64,000 nucleotides of DNA from Gammaproteobacteria bacterium (GCA_016193395.1 JACPSH010000047.1:2912-66911); one strand, 5' to 3'; numbered from the stretch's first letter, positions 21,368 through 31,983 are shown. Program-made: numbers and translations. Notes: generated by a model from the letters alone, not told the origin.

Positions 21368-22380
21368 AGCCGCGTGTGGCAAACCGCGGCTTGGGAACCG
21401 GCTCAACCCTTCGCCGCCCGAGCGATTTTCGTTCGATTGGCAATTCGGGTCAGACGTTGCAGTCCGGGCAGCACCGCCCTTCGGCGTGGCGCTCATGCGC
21501 GGGTGGGCAAGCCGGAATCACTGCCTTCTGTGCCGTGTACTGCGCAGCCATAAGTTTCTTCTCTCCTTATGCGGCCGCGGTGTCCCTGATCCTGTGGCTC
21601 TACTGCAGGACCGGACAACCCACGGCTGGCTGCGCGATCCCGAGTCTGATGGTGAGCTACCTGTATCTCATTTATGCGTTTGCACGCAAGAATCCGGCCA
21701 CTGCGTGGTTCGAGCTCTCGTTGCTCGCCGCGCTCAACGGCTTCGCGTTGCGCACCAGGCTGTCCTGCGATGCGTTGGCCGGCGCGCTCGCGCTGCGCAA
21801 CGCGACACTGGAGAAGCTGGCAGCGATCGATGAATTGACGGCGCTGTACTGCAGGCGGCAGATCTTTGACCTTGGGCACAGGGAATTCAGCCGCTGCAGT
21901 CGCGGCGGCGAGCCGCTGTGCGTGCTGTTGCTGGATGTGGATCGTTTCAAGGATATCAACGACCGGCTCGGGCATGCGGGAGGCGACAGGACCCTGCAGA
22001 ATCTCGGTGAAATCCTGCGCGACAGCCTGCGTACGCAGGATCTGGTCGGCCGTTACGGAGCAGACGTGTTTCTGGCGCTGTTGCCGGATACGGGACTGGC
22101 CGGAGCGGAATTAACGGCGGACCGGCTTCGCCGCGCTATCAATTCGCGTCCAATTATCCATGATTCCAGAAAGATCACTCTGACAGTCAGCATGGGTATT
22201 GCCGTCCTAGATTCGCAGATCGAAGACTTTCAGGGCCTGGTGCATCGAGCCGACGTCGCGCTCTATGAAGCAAAGCGTCGTGGAGGAGATCAGTTCCGTT
22301 CCTGGTTCTCCCTCGATGATCACCGGAGCGCGCGGGATAGGCGCTTAGGGAACCTCCGAGCAAGTTCAGAGCTTCCTTAG
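21364..22380 (+). CDS. Membrane-associated GGDEF-domain protein with degenerate active site
   Basis: DELTALYCRR, LLDVDRFKDINDRLGHAGGD, RTQDLVGRYGADVF, TVSMGIA, ADVALYEAKRRG; hydrophobic N-terminal segments. Start uncertain and the gene may be decaying. Confidence 0.7.
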   Translation: MKPRVANRGLGTGSTLRRPSDFRSIGNSGQTLQSGQHRPSAWRSCAGGQAGITAFCAVYCAAISFFSPYAAAVSLILWLYCRTGQPTAGCAIPSLMVSYLYLIYAFARKNPATAWFELSLLAALNGFALRTRLSCDALAGALALRNATLEKLAAIDELTALYCRRQIFDLGHREFSRCSRGGEPLCVLLLDVDRFKDINDRLGHAGGDRTLQNLGEILRDSLRTQDLVGRYGADVFLALLPDTGLAGAELTADRLRRAINSRPIIHDSRKITLTVSMGIAVLDSQIEDFQGLVHRADVALYEAKRRGGDQFRSWFSLDDHRSARDRRLGNLRASSELP

Positions 22381-22388
22381 CAAAACGT

Positions 22389-23420
22389 TCAGGCGGCTTC
22401 CTTCTCCAGCGCCTCGGTGTACTTGCCCTCGCACGCCAGGCTGTTGCAGTGTTCCCGGTGCAGCAGCGCGCGTTGCGCCCTCTCGACGTTTTCCGCCTTG
22501 CCGCCCCATGCCTTGAGACAGGGGTCCTGCAGGGCGCGCCCATAGGAGAAACTCAGCGGCCAGGGCAGTTGCGGGTACATCGCGTTCATCGTGTTCAGGT
22601 GGGCCGTCGCGAGTAACGCGCTCTGTCCCCCGGAGAGAAATACAATTCCCGGAATGGCGGCCGGCACGCCGCTTCGCAGGCACTTCACGGTCAGATCGGC
22701 GACCTGCTGCACGCCGGCCTGGGTGGGGCACTTCTTGCCCGATACGACCATGTTGACCTTGAGCACGGTGTGCTCGAGCGCGACGCGTTGCCGGTACAGT
22801 TCGTGGAACACGATCTTCAGGGTCCGCTCGGTCGCGTCAAAGCACACCTCGGCGGTATTGTCCCCGTCCATCAGCACTTCCGGCTCGACCACGGGCACCA
22901 GGCCCGCTTCCTGACACAGCCCGGCGTAGCGCGCGAGCGTGTGCGCATTCGCCTCTATGCAGCCGCTGCTCGGGATCCCTGTACCGATGGTGATGACCGC
23001 GCGCCACTTCGCGAACGATGCCCCCATGCCGCGGTACTCCGTCAGCCTCTCGCGCAGTCCATCCAGCCCTTCGCTAACCACTTCACCAGGGTGGCCGGGC
23101 AGGGCCTTGATGCCCTTGTCCACTTTGATCCCGGTCAGGATTCCCTGAGCGGCCAGGACCTTGGGAAACGGCACGCCGGCGGCCGTCGACTGATGCAGGG
23201 TCTCCTCGAACAGGATCATGCCACTGATGAACTTGCCGCCGCCCGGGGCGGTGATCAGGAGGTCGCGGTAGGCACGCCGGTTCCCCTCGGTCGATTCGAC
23301 GCCGATGGAGTCGAATCGCTTCTTGATGGTGGGCATGCTTTCGTCGATGGCGAGGATCCCCTTGCCCGGCGCCACCATGGCGCGGGCGGTCTGCTCGAGT
23401 TGCTGCGTAAACTGGTTCAT
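22389..23420 (-). CDS. fba: Class I fructose-bisphosphate aldolase
   Basis: GKGILAIDES, GIKVDKG, FAKWRAV, VPVVEPEV, FLSGGQ, FSYGRALQ. Confidence 0.95.
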   Translation of the reverse strand: MNQFTQQLEQTARAMVAPGKGILAIDESMPTIKKRFDSIGVESTEGNRRAYRDLLITAPGGGKFISGMILFEETLHQSTAAGVPFPKVLAAQGILTGIKVDKGIKALPGHPGEVVSEGLDGLRERLTEYRGMGASFAKWRAVITIGTGIPSSGCIEANAHTLARYAGLCQEAGLVPVVEPEVLMDGDNTAEVCFDATERTLKIVFHELYRQRVALEHTVLKVNMVVSGKKCPTQAGVQQVADLTVKCLRSGVPAAIPGIVFLSGGQSALLATAHLNTMNAMYPQLPWPLSFSYGRALQDPCLKAWGGKAENVERAQRALLHREHCNSLACEGKYTEALEKEAA

Positions 23421-23533
23421 GTTGCCTCTCCGGAAGAATGACCGTGATTTTAGCGAATTGCCATGCCCGCAGGGCGGCCCGCGACTGGTCCGCCGCGCCC
23501 GTCCTTGATTCAGGTCATCTCCGGCATCGCGGC

Positions 23534-23812
23534 CCAGCTGGATTCATGCACGTGTGCCGAACGGGCGGGTGACATCGGGTCACCGCTCTTCGCGCGCAGC
23601 GCCAGCGAGCACGAAGACGGTACCCGATGGCAGGACCCGCCCGCCGAAGGACGCGCAGGTGAAGCCGGCCAGATTCATGTGGGCATCTTGCCGGACGGGT
23701 CCTGTCGCCGGGCACCCCTGTCCGTGCTCGCTCGGTCCCCTCACTTGCGCGCGGAGCAGGGGCGTGCCCGGCGCCACCCGTCCGTTTGGCGTTTGCGTGT
23801 GAATCCGGCCGG
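23534..23812. repeat. Tandem dimer of MITE-like structured elements (core 23562-23643 on +, core 23692-23784 on -)
   Basis: First unit near-identical to 8156-8270; second unit inverted relative to the 8.3 kb copy; ends ccagctggattcatg / gtgaatccggccgg. Confidence 0.85.
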
Positions 23813-23831
23813 GTCATCACCAGAGGGCTGA

Positions 23832-25253
23832 CTAGGCCACCTGCACGATCTTCATGTTGTTCGTGCCGCCGCGGCGGCCGCTGAGGTCACCCTTCGTGAT
23901 GATGACAAAATCGCCTCGTTCCACGATGTTCCGCCGCCGCAATTCCGCGATGATCTCGTTGTTCGCTTCCAGCGGATCGGTGTGCGTGATGTCGAAATGG
24001 ATGGGATAGACGCCGCGGAACAGCCGTACCTTGCGCATGGTCGCCACGTGGCGGGTGAAGGCGAATACCGGAATGCCGGTGCTGATGCGCGACATCCACA
24101 GCGGTGTCGAACCGGTTTCGGTGAGGGCCGCGATGGCCCTGGCGCCGATGTGGTTGGCGGCGTACATGGTCGACATCGCTATTGCCTCGTCGATGCGCTC
24201 GAAGCGCTGGTTGATGCGGTGGTCGGAGACGCGCGTGATGCGCTGTTTCTCCGTTTCCTCGCAGATGCGCGCCATGGCGGCGACCGTCTGAACGGGGAAC
24301 ATGCCGATGCTGGTTTCCGCGGAGAGCATCACCGCGTCCGTGCCTTCGATCACGGCGTTGGCGACGTCGAATACCTCGGCGCGCAGCGGGATCTGGTTGT
24401 CGATCATGGACTCCATCATCTGCGTCGCGGTGATCACGGCGCGGTCCATGTCGCCGGCCAGCTTGATGAGGCGCTTCTGCACCGGCGGCAGCGAGGCGTC
24501 GCCGATTTCGACCCCCAGGTCGCCGCGGGCGATCATAATCGCGTCCGACAACTCTATGATCTGATCGGCATTGTTCAGGGCCTCGGCCCGCTCCAGCTTG
24601 GCAATGATCCCGGCATGGCTGCCCGCGTCCTTGAGCGCCTTGCGCGCCTCCAGGATATCCGCCGGTCCACGCACGAACGATACCGCGAAATAGTCGGCGC
24701 CCGTCTTCACGCCGTGTGCAAGGTCCGCGCGATCCTTGTCCGTCAAGGCGCCGGCGGAGAGTCCGCCGCCCTGCAGGTTGACCCCCTTCTTGCTGGACAG
24801 CTCGCCGCCGAGCAGCACCTTGCAATGGACTTCGTTACCCGAGACATCGCTCACCTCCAGCATGATGCGGCCATCGTCGAGCATCAGCTTGTCGCCCGCC
24901 TTCACTTCCCGTGCGAGGTGCTGGTAGGTGACGCCTACGTGCCGGTCGTCGCCGGCGTCGTCCGCCAGACCCGAATCCAGCGTGAAGCGCTGCCCCTCTT
25001 CGAGGTGGATCCGCCCGCCCTCGAAGCGCTGTAGGCGGATCTTCGGCCCCTGCAAATCAGCAATAATCCCCACTTCCAGCCGGCGCGCCGCCGTTGCCGT
25101 GCGGATCTCGCGCACGCGCCGCTCGTGGTCCTCGTGGGTCTGGTGGGAATAATTGACGCGGAACAGGTCCACGTCCGCATCGACCAGCCTGGCAAGGACG
25201 TCCGGCTTGTCGGTCGCCGGCCCGAGCGTAGCGATGATCTTCGTCCGCCGCAT
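23832..25253 (-). CDS. pyk: Pyruvate kinase
   Basis: RRTKIIATLGPA, DLQGPKIR, MIARGDLGVE, ATQMMESM, DAVMLSAET. Confidence 0.97.
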   Translation of the reverse strand: MRRTKIIATLGPATDKPDVLARLVDADVDLFRVNYSHQTHEDHERRVREIRTATAARRLEVGIIADLQGPKIRLQRFEGGRIHLEEGQRFTLDSGLADDAGDDRHVGVTYQHLAREVKAGDKLMLDDGRIMLEVSDVSGNEVHCKVLLGGELSSKKGVNLQGGGLSAGALTDKDRADLAHGVKTGADYFAVSFVRGPADILEARKALKDAGSHAGIIAKLERAEALNNADQIIELSDAIMIARGDLGVEIGDASLPPVQKRLIKLAGDMDRAVITATQMMESMIDNQIPLRAEVFDVANAVIEGTDAVMLSAETSIGMFPVQTVAAMARICEETEKQRITRVSDHRINQRFERIDEAIAMSTMYAANHIGARAIAALTETGSTPLWMSRISTGIPVFAFTRHVATMRKVRLFRGVYPIHFDITHTDPLEANNEIIAELRRRNIVERGDFVIITKGDLSGRRGGTNNMKIVQVA

Positions 25254-25311
25254 CAGTTCGACGCAGCTTGCGCGGTTTGAGTGGCCATGCGAGGTAGGAA
25301 CCGGCAGGATC

Positions 25312-25430
25312 CCATGGCATGGATGTCATGGCATTTTTCGGTGGCCGCGGCCACCGAAAAATGGTGCAAGGCAAAAACCGCGCCTTTTGCCTTGCGAGCC
25401 GGAAAAGCCACAGGGAAGTGCTTTTCCGGC
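25312..25430. repeat. Four back-to-back hairpins including a 32-bp perfect palindrome
   Basis: Hairpins at 25312-31, 25332-63 (catttttcggtggccgcggccaccgaaaaatg), 25366-95 and 25398-430. Confidence 0.75.
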
Positions 25431-25434
25431 ATGT

Positions 25435-26646
25435 TCAATACTCCTCTTCTGCGGCCTTGGTCGCGCGCGCCGATTCCTCAAGCATGGCAATGGCAGGCAG
25501 GGTCTGGCCCTCCAGGAATTCCAGAAAGGCGCCGCCCCCGGTGGAAAGGTAGGAGATCCGGTCCGAGATGCCGAAACGCGTGACCGCCGCCAGCGTGTCG
25601 CCTCCCCCGGCGATGGAAAAGGCACGGCTTGCGGCAATGCCCTCCGCGATGGCGCGTGTGCCCGCGCTGAACGCCTCGATCTCGAAGACTCCGACCGGGC
25701 CGTTCCAGACGATGGTGGCCGCTTCCGCGAGCAGGCTCCGATACGCCTCGACGGTGCGCGGCCCGATGTCCACGATCAAATCGCCTGCAGCGACCCCGTC
25801 CGACTGCACCACCCGCGCTTTTGCACCATCACTGATCTCCGCTGCGCAGACCAGGTCAACGGGCATGGGAATCGATTTCCCCTGTGCGTTCGCACGCTCC
25901 AGGATCGCCGCGGCTTTGCCGAGCAACCCTTCCTCGTGCAGCGAGCCGCCGATCGGGAACCCTGCGGCCTTGAGAAAGGTATTCGCAATCCCGCCGCCGA
26001 CGATGAGCTTGTCGACCTTGCGCAGCAGGTTTTCGAGCAGTGCGAGCTTGGTGGAGACCTTCGCGCCGCCGACGACCGCGACCAGCGGCCGGGCCGGCTG
26101 TTCCAGCACACGGCCGAGCGCTTCCATTTCGGCGACGAGCAACGGTCCGGCACAGGAGGTCGGGGCATATTTGGCGATGCCGTGCGTGGAAGCCTGCGCC
26201 CGGTGCGCCGTGGCGAATGCGTCGTTGACATAGATGTCGCACAACCGCGCCATCTTGCGCGCGAGGTCATCGTCGTTTCCCTTCTCGCCTTTCAGAAAAC
26301 GCACGTTTTCGAGCAATACGACCTGCCCCGGCTTGACTTCCACGCCGTTCAGCCAGTCCACAACGAGCGGGACGGACTGCCTGAGCAGCTTCCCGAGGTG
26401 ATCCGCCACGGGCCCCAGGCTGTATTTCGGATCCGGCTCGCCCTCTTTGGGCCTGCCTAGGTGGGAGCAAAGAATAATGGCGGCGCCGGATTCCCGGAGC
26501 TGGTGAATCGTGGGCAGCGTGGCGCGGATGCGCGTGTCGTCGGCCACGCGTCCGTCCTGCAGCGGGACGTTGAAATCCACGCGCACGAGCACGCGCTTCC
26601 CGCGTGGATCCACATCGGCCAGGGTCAGGAACCGGGCAGTGGTCAT
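25435..26646 (-). CDS. pgk: Phosphoglycerate kinase
   Basis: [52 protein letters not shown]. Confidence 0.97.
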   Translation of the reverse strand: MTTARFLTLADVDPRGKRVLVRVDFNVPLQDGRVADDTRIRATLPTIHQLRESGAAIILCSHLGRPKEGEPDPKYSLGPVADHLGKLLRQSVPLVVDWLNGVEVKPGQVVLLENVRFLKGEKGNDDDLARKMARLCDIYVNDAFATAHRAQASTHGIAKYAPTSCAGPLLVAEMEALGRVLEQPARPLVAVVGGAKVSTKLALLENLLRKVDKLIVGGGIANTFLKAAGFPIGGSLHEEGLLGKAAAILERANAQGKSIPMPVDLVCAAEISDGAKARVVQSDGVAAGDLIVDIGPRTVEAYRSLLAEAATIVWNGPVGVFEIEAFSAGTRAIAEGIAASRAFSIAGGGDTLAAVTRFGISDRISYLSTGGGAFLEFLEGQTLPAIAMLEESARATKAAEEEY

Positions 26647-26667
26647 GATAGAGGCTCGGTCAACGGC

Positions 26668-27681
26668 TTACCCGGCATTCATCAGGGCGATCGTCGTATC
26701 CAGCATGCGGTTGGAGAAGCCCCATTCGTTGTCGTACCAGGCAATGACCTTCACCAGCCGTCCGCCGATGACCTTGGTCAGCGAGGCGTCGTAGACGGCG
26801 GACGCGGGGTTGTGGTTGAAGTCGACGGACACGAGTGGCTCGTCGTTGTAGACCAGGATCCCGCGCATCGCGCCGTTCGCCGCCCCCTTCATCAGGCCGT
26901 CGATCTCTTTGTGGGAGGTGTCGCGCGCGGCCGTGAAGGTCAGATCGACGACGGAAACATTGATGGTGGGGACGCGCATGGCGAAGCCGTCCAGCTTTCC
27001 CTCCAATTCGGGCATGACCAGCCCCATGGCGGCGGCGGCCCCGGTCTTGGTCGGGATCATGGACATGGTGGCCGATCGCGCGCGCCGCAGGTCGGAGTGG
27101 TACACGTCGGTCAAGACCTGATCGTTGGTATAGGCATGGATCGTGGTCATGAGACCGCTGACCACGCCGATCGACTCGTGCAGCACCTTCACCACCGGTG
27201 CCAGGCAATTGGTGGTGCAGGAGGCGTTCGATATCACGGTGTGCGCCGGCTTGAGCACATGCTGGTTGACGCCGAATACGACCGTTGCGTCCATGTCCTT
27301 GCCGCCGGGCGCCGAGATGATGACCTTCTTCGCCCCGCCGTTCAGGTGCGCCCCCGCCTTGGCCTTGCTGGTGAACAGTCCGGTGCACTCGTGCACGACG
27401 TCGACGCCGAGTTCGCGCCAGGGCAGCTTGGCGGGATCGCGTTCGGCGAAGACGCGAATGCGGTTGCCATTGACGACGATGCTGTCCTTGTCGACTTCGA
27501 CTGTCCCCGGGAATTTCCCGTGCGCGGTGTCGTGCCGGGTCAGGTGCGCGTTGGTCGCGGGATCGCCAAGATCGTTGATCGCGACGACGCTGACTTCCTC
27601 CGTGCGTCCGGATTCATACAGCGCACGCAGGATGTTCCTGCCGATCCGTCCGTAGCCGTTGATGCCGACTTTGATGCTCAT
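26668..27681 (-). CDS. gap: Type I glyceraldehyde-3-phosphate dehydrogenase
   Basis: [31 protein letters not shown]. Confidence 0.97.
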   Translation of the reverse strand: MSIKVGINGYGRIGRNILRALYESGRTEEVSVVAINDLGDPATNAHLTRHDTAHGKFPGTVEVDKDSIVVNGNRIRVFAERDPAKLPWRELGVDVVHECTGLFTSKAKAGAHLNGGAKKVIISAPGGKDMDATVVFGVNQHVLKPAHTVISNASCTTNCLAPVVKVLHESIGVVSGLMTTIHAYTNDQVLTDVYHSDLRRARSATMSMIPTKTGAAAAMGLVMPELEGKLDGFAMRVPTINVSVVDLTFTAARDTSHKEIDGLMKGAANGAMRGILVYNDEPLVSVDFNHNPASAVYDASLTKVIGGRLVKVIAWYDNEWGFSNRMLDTTIALMNAG

Positions 27682-27841
27682 GGTCAGAACTCCATCGGTG
27701 CTGGTGCCATTTTCGATATTCACCCGGTTGCGAACACGCGGCAATCCGCAAATCGCAGGCTGAGTTCCGCCCTTGCGGGCGCGTAGCTTGGGCGACGTTG
27801 AGCTAAGCCAGGATGTCCGCGAGGCCTGAGATTACAGCGGC

Positions 27842-29845
27842 TCAGTTTCCTGCCAGAGACAATTGTACCAACTCGACGAGACGATCGGCGGTGATGCCGA
27901 AATGCCTGTACACCTCCGCTCCGGGAGCGGATGCGCCGAATGCCGGCACGCCGAGGATCCGGCCATCCAGTCCGACGTACTTGTGCCAGTAATCCGGGAT
28001 CCCCGCCTCGACCGCGACGCGGCGCCGGCATGAAGGCGGCAAGACGTTATCGCGCCAGGATTGATCCTGCCGGGCGAATACGTCGGTACTCGGCATGGAG
28101 ACGAGGCGCACGCTGCGCCCGGCGTCGTTGAGTTTGCGCACCGCCTGCAGCGCGAGGCCGACTTCGGAGCCGGTGGCGAGCACGATCGCCTCCGGGTTCG
28201 CCGCGCCCTCGACGAGCACATAGCCGCCGCGGCGGATCGCATCCGATTGTTCCGCGGATCGCTCGATGCAGGGAACGCTCTGCCTGGACAGCAACAGGCA
28301 CGTAGGTCCGTCGCGCCGCTCGATCGCCGCTTTCCAGGCTACGGCCGTCTCCACGCCGTCGCAAGGTCGCCAGACGGACAGGTTCGGGATCAGGCGCAGG
28401 CTGGAGGCCTGCTCCACGGCCTGGTGCGTGGGTCCGTCCTCGCCAAGACCTATGGAATCATGGGTGAGCACGAGGATATTGCGCACCCGCATGAGCGCCG
28501 CCATGCGCACGGCATTCCGCGCATAGTCGGAGAAAATCAGGAAGGTCCCGCCGTAGACAATGAAGCCGCCGTGCAGCGCGATGCCACTGTTGATGGCGAC
28601 CATGCCGAACTCGCGCACTCCATAATATATATAGTTGCCGCCGGGGTCGTCCGCCTGCACGGCCTTCGAGCCTGACCACAGGGTAAGGTTGGAGCCGGTC
28701 AGATCCGCGGAGCCGCCGATCAGCTCCGGCAGTACCGGGCCGTAGGCATTCAGGGCGTTCTGGGACGCCTTGCGCGTCGCGGCGGTTTCCTTTCTGGCCG
28801 CCGTGTCCGACAGGGTGCGCGCACACAGCGCGTCCCAGCCGGCCGGCAGATCACCACGCTGCCGGCGTTCGAATTCGGCGGCGAGACCGGGGTACTTTGC
28901 CCGGTACATCGCAAACATTTCATTCCACTCGCGCTCAAGCGTCTGGCCGCGCTCGCGCGCGTCCCATCCCCTGTAGTGTTCCTCGGGGATCACGAACGGG
29001 GCGTGCGGCCAGCCAAGGGTCTTGCGCGCCAGCGCCACTTCGTCCGCGCCGAGCGGCGCGCCGTGGCACACCGCATCACCCTGCTTGTTGGGTGCGCCCC
29101 AGCCGATGACGGTGCGGCAGCAGACCAGGCTCGGTCTCCGCATCTCTTCGCGCGCCTCGATCAGCGCCCGGCGCACGAGTTCCGGGTCATGCCCATCGAT
29201 TTCCCCCACGACGTGCCAGCCGTAGGATTCAAAACGCCGCGCGACGTCTTCGGTGAACCAGCCGCGCACGTCGCCGTCGATGGATACGCCGTTGCTGTCG
29301 AAGATCGCGATGAGCTTGCCGAGACGCAGGGTGCCGGCGAGCGAGCAGACCTCGTGCGAAATGCCTTCCATCAGACAGCCATCGCCCACCGACACGTAGG
29401 TGCGGTGATCGACGATCGGGAATCCATCGCGGTTGAAGGTCGCGGCCAGGCAGCGCTCCGCGATCGCCATGCCCACGGCATTCGCCAGCCCCTGTCCCAG
29501 CGGACCGGTGGTGGTCTCGATGCCCGGCGTCGCGCCGTATTCCGGGTGCCCTGGCGTGAGCGAGTGCAATTGCCGGAAGCGCCGCAGCTCGTCCATGGGG
29601 AGGTCGTAACCGGTGAGATGGAGGATGGCGTAGAGCATCATCGAACCGTGGCCGTTCGACATGACGAAGCGGTCGCGGTCCGGCCAGCGCGGATTGCCGG
29701 GGTTGTGACGCAGAAAGTCGTTCCACAGCACCTCGGCGATGTCCGCCATTCCCATCGGCGCGCCGGGGTGCCCGGAATTGGCGAGCTGCACGGCGTCCAT
29801 GCTGAGCGCGCGCACGGCATTGGCGAGTTCACGCCTCGAAGTCAT
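27842..29845 (-). CDS. tkt: Transketolase
   Basis: [42 protein letters not shown]. Confidence 0.97.
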   Translation of the reverse strand: MTSRRELANAVRALSMDAVQLANSGHPGAPMGMADIAEVLWNDFLRHNPGNPRWPDRDRFVMSNGHGSMMLYAILHLTGYDLPMDELRRFRQLHSLTPGHPEYGATPGIETTTGPLGQGLANAVGMAIAERCLAATFNRDGFPIVDHRTYVSVGDGCLMEGISHEVCSLAGTLRLGKLIAIFDSNGVSIDGDVRGWFTEDVARRFESYGWHVVGEIDGHDPELVRRALIEAREEMRRPSLVCCRTVIGWGAPNKQGDAVCHGAPLGADEVALARKTLGWPHAPFVIPEEHYRGWDARERGQTLEREWNEMFAMYRAKYPGLAAEFERRQRGDLPAGWDALCARTLSDTAARKETAATRKASQNALNAYGPVLPELIGGSADLTGSNLTLWSGSKAVQADDPGGNYIYYGVREFGMVAINSGIALHGGFIVYGGTFLIFSDYARNAVRMAALMRVRNILVLTHDSIGLGEDGPTHQAVEQASSLRLIPNLSVWRPCDGVETAVAWKAAIERRDGPTCLLLSRQSVPCIERSAEQSDAIRRGGYVLVEGAANPEAIVLATGSEVGLALQAVRKLNDAGRSVRLVSMPSTDVFARQDQSWRDNVLPPSCRRRVAVEAGIPDYWHKYVGLDGRILGVPAFGASAPGAEVYRHFGITADRLVELVQLSLAGN

Positions 29846-29850
29846 GTTAA

Positions 29851-30408
29851 TCAATCGCGCCACTTGATCGAGCAGCCCATGCTCGGAATCTGCTTCGCCG
29901 GCGCCTTGCCGGTTTCCGCCACCTGGCGCATCGCTTCGAAAAGCTCCCGCTGGACGTCGGGTGGACCCGGCCTCCCCGGCGAGGTCGAATCCATCCGCCC
30001 GCGGTACTGCAGCTCGAGACCGGCGTTGAAGCCGAAAAAGTCCGGCGTGCAGACCGCCCCATACGCGCGCGCGACCGCCTGCGATTCGTCCAGCAGATAC
30101 GGGAACGGGTAATGAAGTCGTTCCGCGACGCGCTTCATGTTCGCAAAGGAGTCCTCGGGGTACTTCACGAAATCGTTGGGCATGATCGCGACGCTCGTCA
30201 CGCCGAGCGCGGCCAGGTCGCGCGCATCGCGCACCAGCTTGTCCTGCACGGCCTTCACGAACGGACAGTGATTGCAGATGAACATCACCAGCGTTCCGCG
30301 CGCGCCCCGGCAATCGGCGAGGCTCCAGTTCCGGTCGTCGACGCCGGGCAGGTTGAACTCGGGGGCCGGGCTGCCGAAATCGCAGCCGGGCGTTTCAGTG
30401 ACGGCCAT
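29851..30408 (-). CDS. Thioredoxin-fold (AhpC/TSA-like) protein
   Basis: [32 protein letters not shown]. Confidence 0.9.
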   Translation of the reverse strand: MAVTETPGCDFGSPAPEFNLPGVDDRNWSLADCRGARGTLVMFICNHCPFVKAVQDKLVRDARDLAALGVTSVAIMPNDFVKYPEDSFANMKRVAERLHYPFPYLLDESQAVARAYGAVCTPDFFGFNAGLELQYRGRMDSTSPGRPGPPDVQRELFEAMRQVAETGKAPAKQIPSMGCSIKWRD

Positions 30409-30543
30409 GGGTAGCGCAGCGTTCTGCAGGGAGCGGGCCGCGTCCAGGCGCCGCGCCCCGGCGCGGGCCGTGAAGGGCAAGGTTCATGCGATGAGTTTAC
30501 AATGAACCGAGCAAAACCGGCCAATCTCGAAAGCGTTCAATTC

Positions 30544-31983
30544 ATGGCAAGACAGAGCACGCAGCCCTCCGCCACGGACGTCAAACGGCGCGGACTTCTG
30601 TTCGTCGACGACGACCCGTTGATCGTCGAGTCCTTGTCGGTCGCGCTCCAGTCGGAATACGAGATCCACACGGCCGAAGGCCGGAAACAGACGAAGGAAT
30701 TGCTGCACCGGCTGGATGACAAACCCTCGCTGGCGCTGGTGGATCTCGGGTTGCCGCCGTATCCGCACAGCCCGGAGGAAGGATTCGAACTCATCGACGA
30801 GCTGCTGGCGTTCAATCCGAACATGAAGATACTGGTGCTCTCCGGTCAGAGCGAACAGCCGAACATCCAGCACGCGCTCACCCTGGGCGCCGTCGATTTT
30901 ATCCCCAAACCCTGCAACGTACCGCTGCTGCGCACGCGTCTGGCTCACCAGGCCATGATGCTTGACGCGGAGCAGGCGCAGGGCGGCGGCGAGACCAGCG
31001 GCGAGGGATTGCGCGGCGAAAGCCAGGCGGTCCAGGACCTGCTGGCCCTGATTCGCCAGTTCGCGGACAGTCCTTTCCCGATCCTGATCCAGGGCGAGTC
31101 CGGCAGCGGCAAGGAACTGGTTGCACGGTACCTCCACGAGTGGAGCCAGCGTGTCCGGGAGCCGTTCCTGTCCGTGAACTGCGCGGCGTTCCCCCGGGAT
31201 CTGCTGGAGGCCCAGCTGTTCGGCTACGCCAAGGGCGCCTTCACGGGCGCGGTCCAGAATCGATCGGGTTTTTTCGAGGACGCCGGCGACGGCAGCCTGT
31301 TCCTGGACGAGATCGGGGAGATGCCGCTCGACCTTCAGTCGAAGCTCCTGCGCGCGCTGGAGAATGGCGAGTTCTACCGCCTCGGCGAGACGCAGGCGCG
31401 CACGTCGAGGGCGCGTATCATTGCCGCCACCAACCGCGACCTGCGCGGGGAAGTACGGCGCGGCGCGTTCCGGTCCGACCTCTACCATCGTCTTGGCGTA
31501 CTCGCGATCCGCGTGCCGCCGTTGCGCGAGCGCGGACGTGACTGCCTGGCTCTGCTCGATCACTTCCGCGCGATGTATGCGGGCGACGGACCGCAGTTCC
31601 GGCTGGATCCAGCCGCCGCGGAATTCCTGCTGAATTACGCCTTCCCGGGCAACGTGCGCGAACTGCGCAACATCGTGATCCGGCTCGGCGCGAAGTATCC
31701 GGGAAAGACGGTCAGCGTCGATCTGCTCGGCGGCGAAGTCGAGCTGGACCTGGTGACGTCGCTCGCGGAGCCCGCCGGTCCGGAGGATGCGGAGCTGGAA
31801 GGGGAATTGCGCGGCGGCAAGTTCCGGCTGGACGAGTACCTCGAGGGCTGGGAGCGGCGCTACATCGCCACGGCGCTGAAGTTGAGCGGTGGCAACCTGA
31901 GCAAGGCGGCGCGTCTGCTCGGCATCAACCGCACCACGCTCTACAGTCGGATGCAGCGGCTCTCCCTGCGCGGGCTGGAATAG
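30544..31983 (+). CDS. Sigma54-dependent response regulator (REC-AAA-Fis HTH)
   Basis: LFVDDD, DLGLPPYP, GESGSGKE, GAFTGA, LFLDEIGEM, PGNVREL, GNLSKAARLLGINRTTLY. Confidence 0.93.
   Translation: MARQSTQPSATDVKRRGLLFVDDDPLIVESLSVALQSEYEIHTAEGRKQTKELLHRLDDKPSLALVDLGLPPYPHSPEEGFELIDELLAFNPNMKILVLSGQSEQPNIQHALTLGAVDFIPKPCNVPLLRTRLAHQAMMLDAEQAQGGGETSGEGLRGESQAVQDLLALIRQFADSPFPILIQGESGSGKELVARYLHEWSQRVREPFLSVNCAAFPRDLLEAQLFGYAKGAFTGAVQNRSGFFEDAGDGSLFLDEIGEMPLDLQSKLLRALENGEFYRLGETQARTSRARIIAATNRDLRGEVRRGAFRSDLYHRLGVLAIRVPPLRERGRDCLALLDHFRAMYAGDGPQFRLDPAAAEFLLNYAFPGNVRELRNIVIRLGAKYPGKTVSVDLLGGEVELDLVTSLAEPAGPEDAELEGELRGGKFRLDEYLEGWERRYIATALKLSGGNLSKAARLLGINRTTLYSRMQRLSLRGLE

Noticed and set aside
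20396-22393. 8-bp direct repeat cgttcagg at both ends of the cI-cro-GGDEF module (20396-403 and 22386-393) as possible att sites or target duplication
   Set aside because: Too short. Both copies overlap minus-strand TGA stops, which explains part of the match, and there is no integrase or tRNA nearby.
27758-27809. Possible three-way-junction RNA in the tkt-gap spacer (GCAA-capped hairpin on the minus strand)
   Set aside because: Short stems are expected in GC-rich DNA; single copy and no recognisable riboswitch motif.
22389-29845. tkt-gap-pgk-pyk-fba plus rpiA as evidence for Calvin-cycle autotrophy
   Set aside because: No RuBisCO or phosphoribulokinase in the window, and the cluster is common in heterotrophs.
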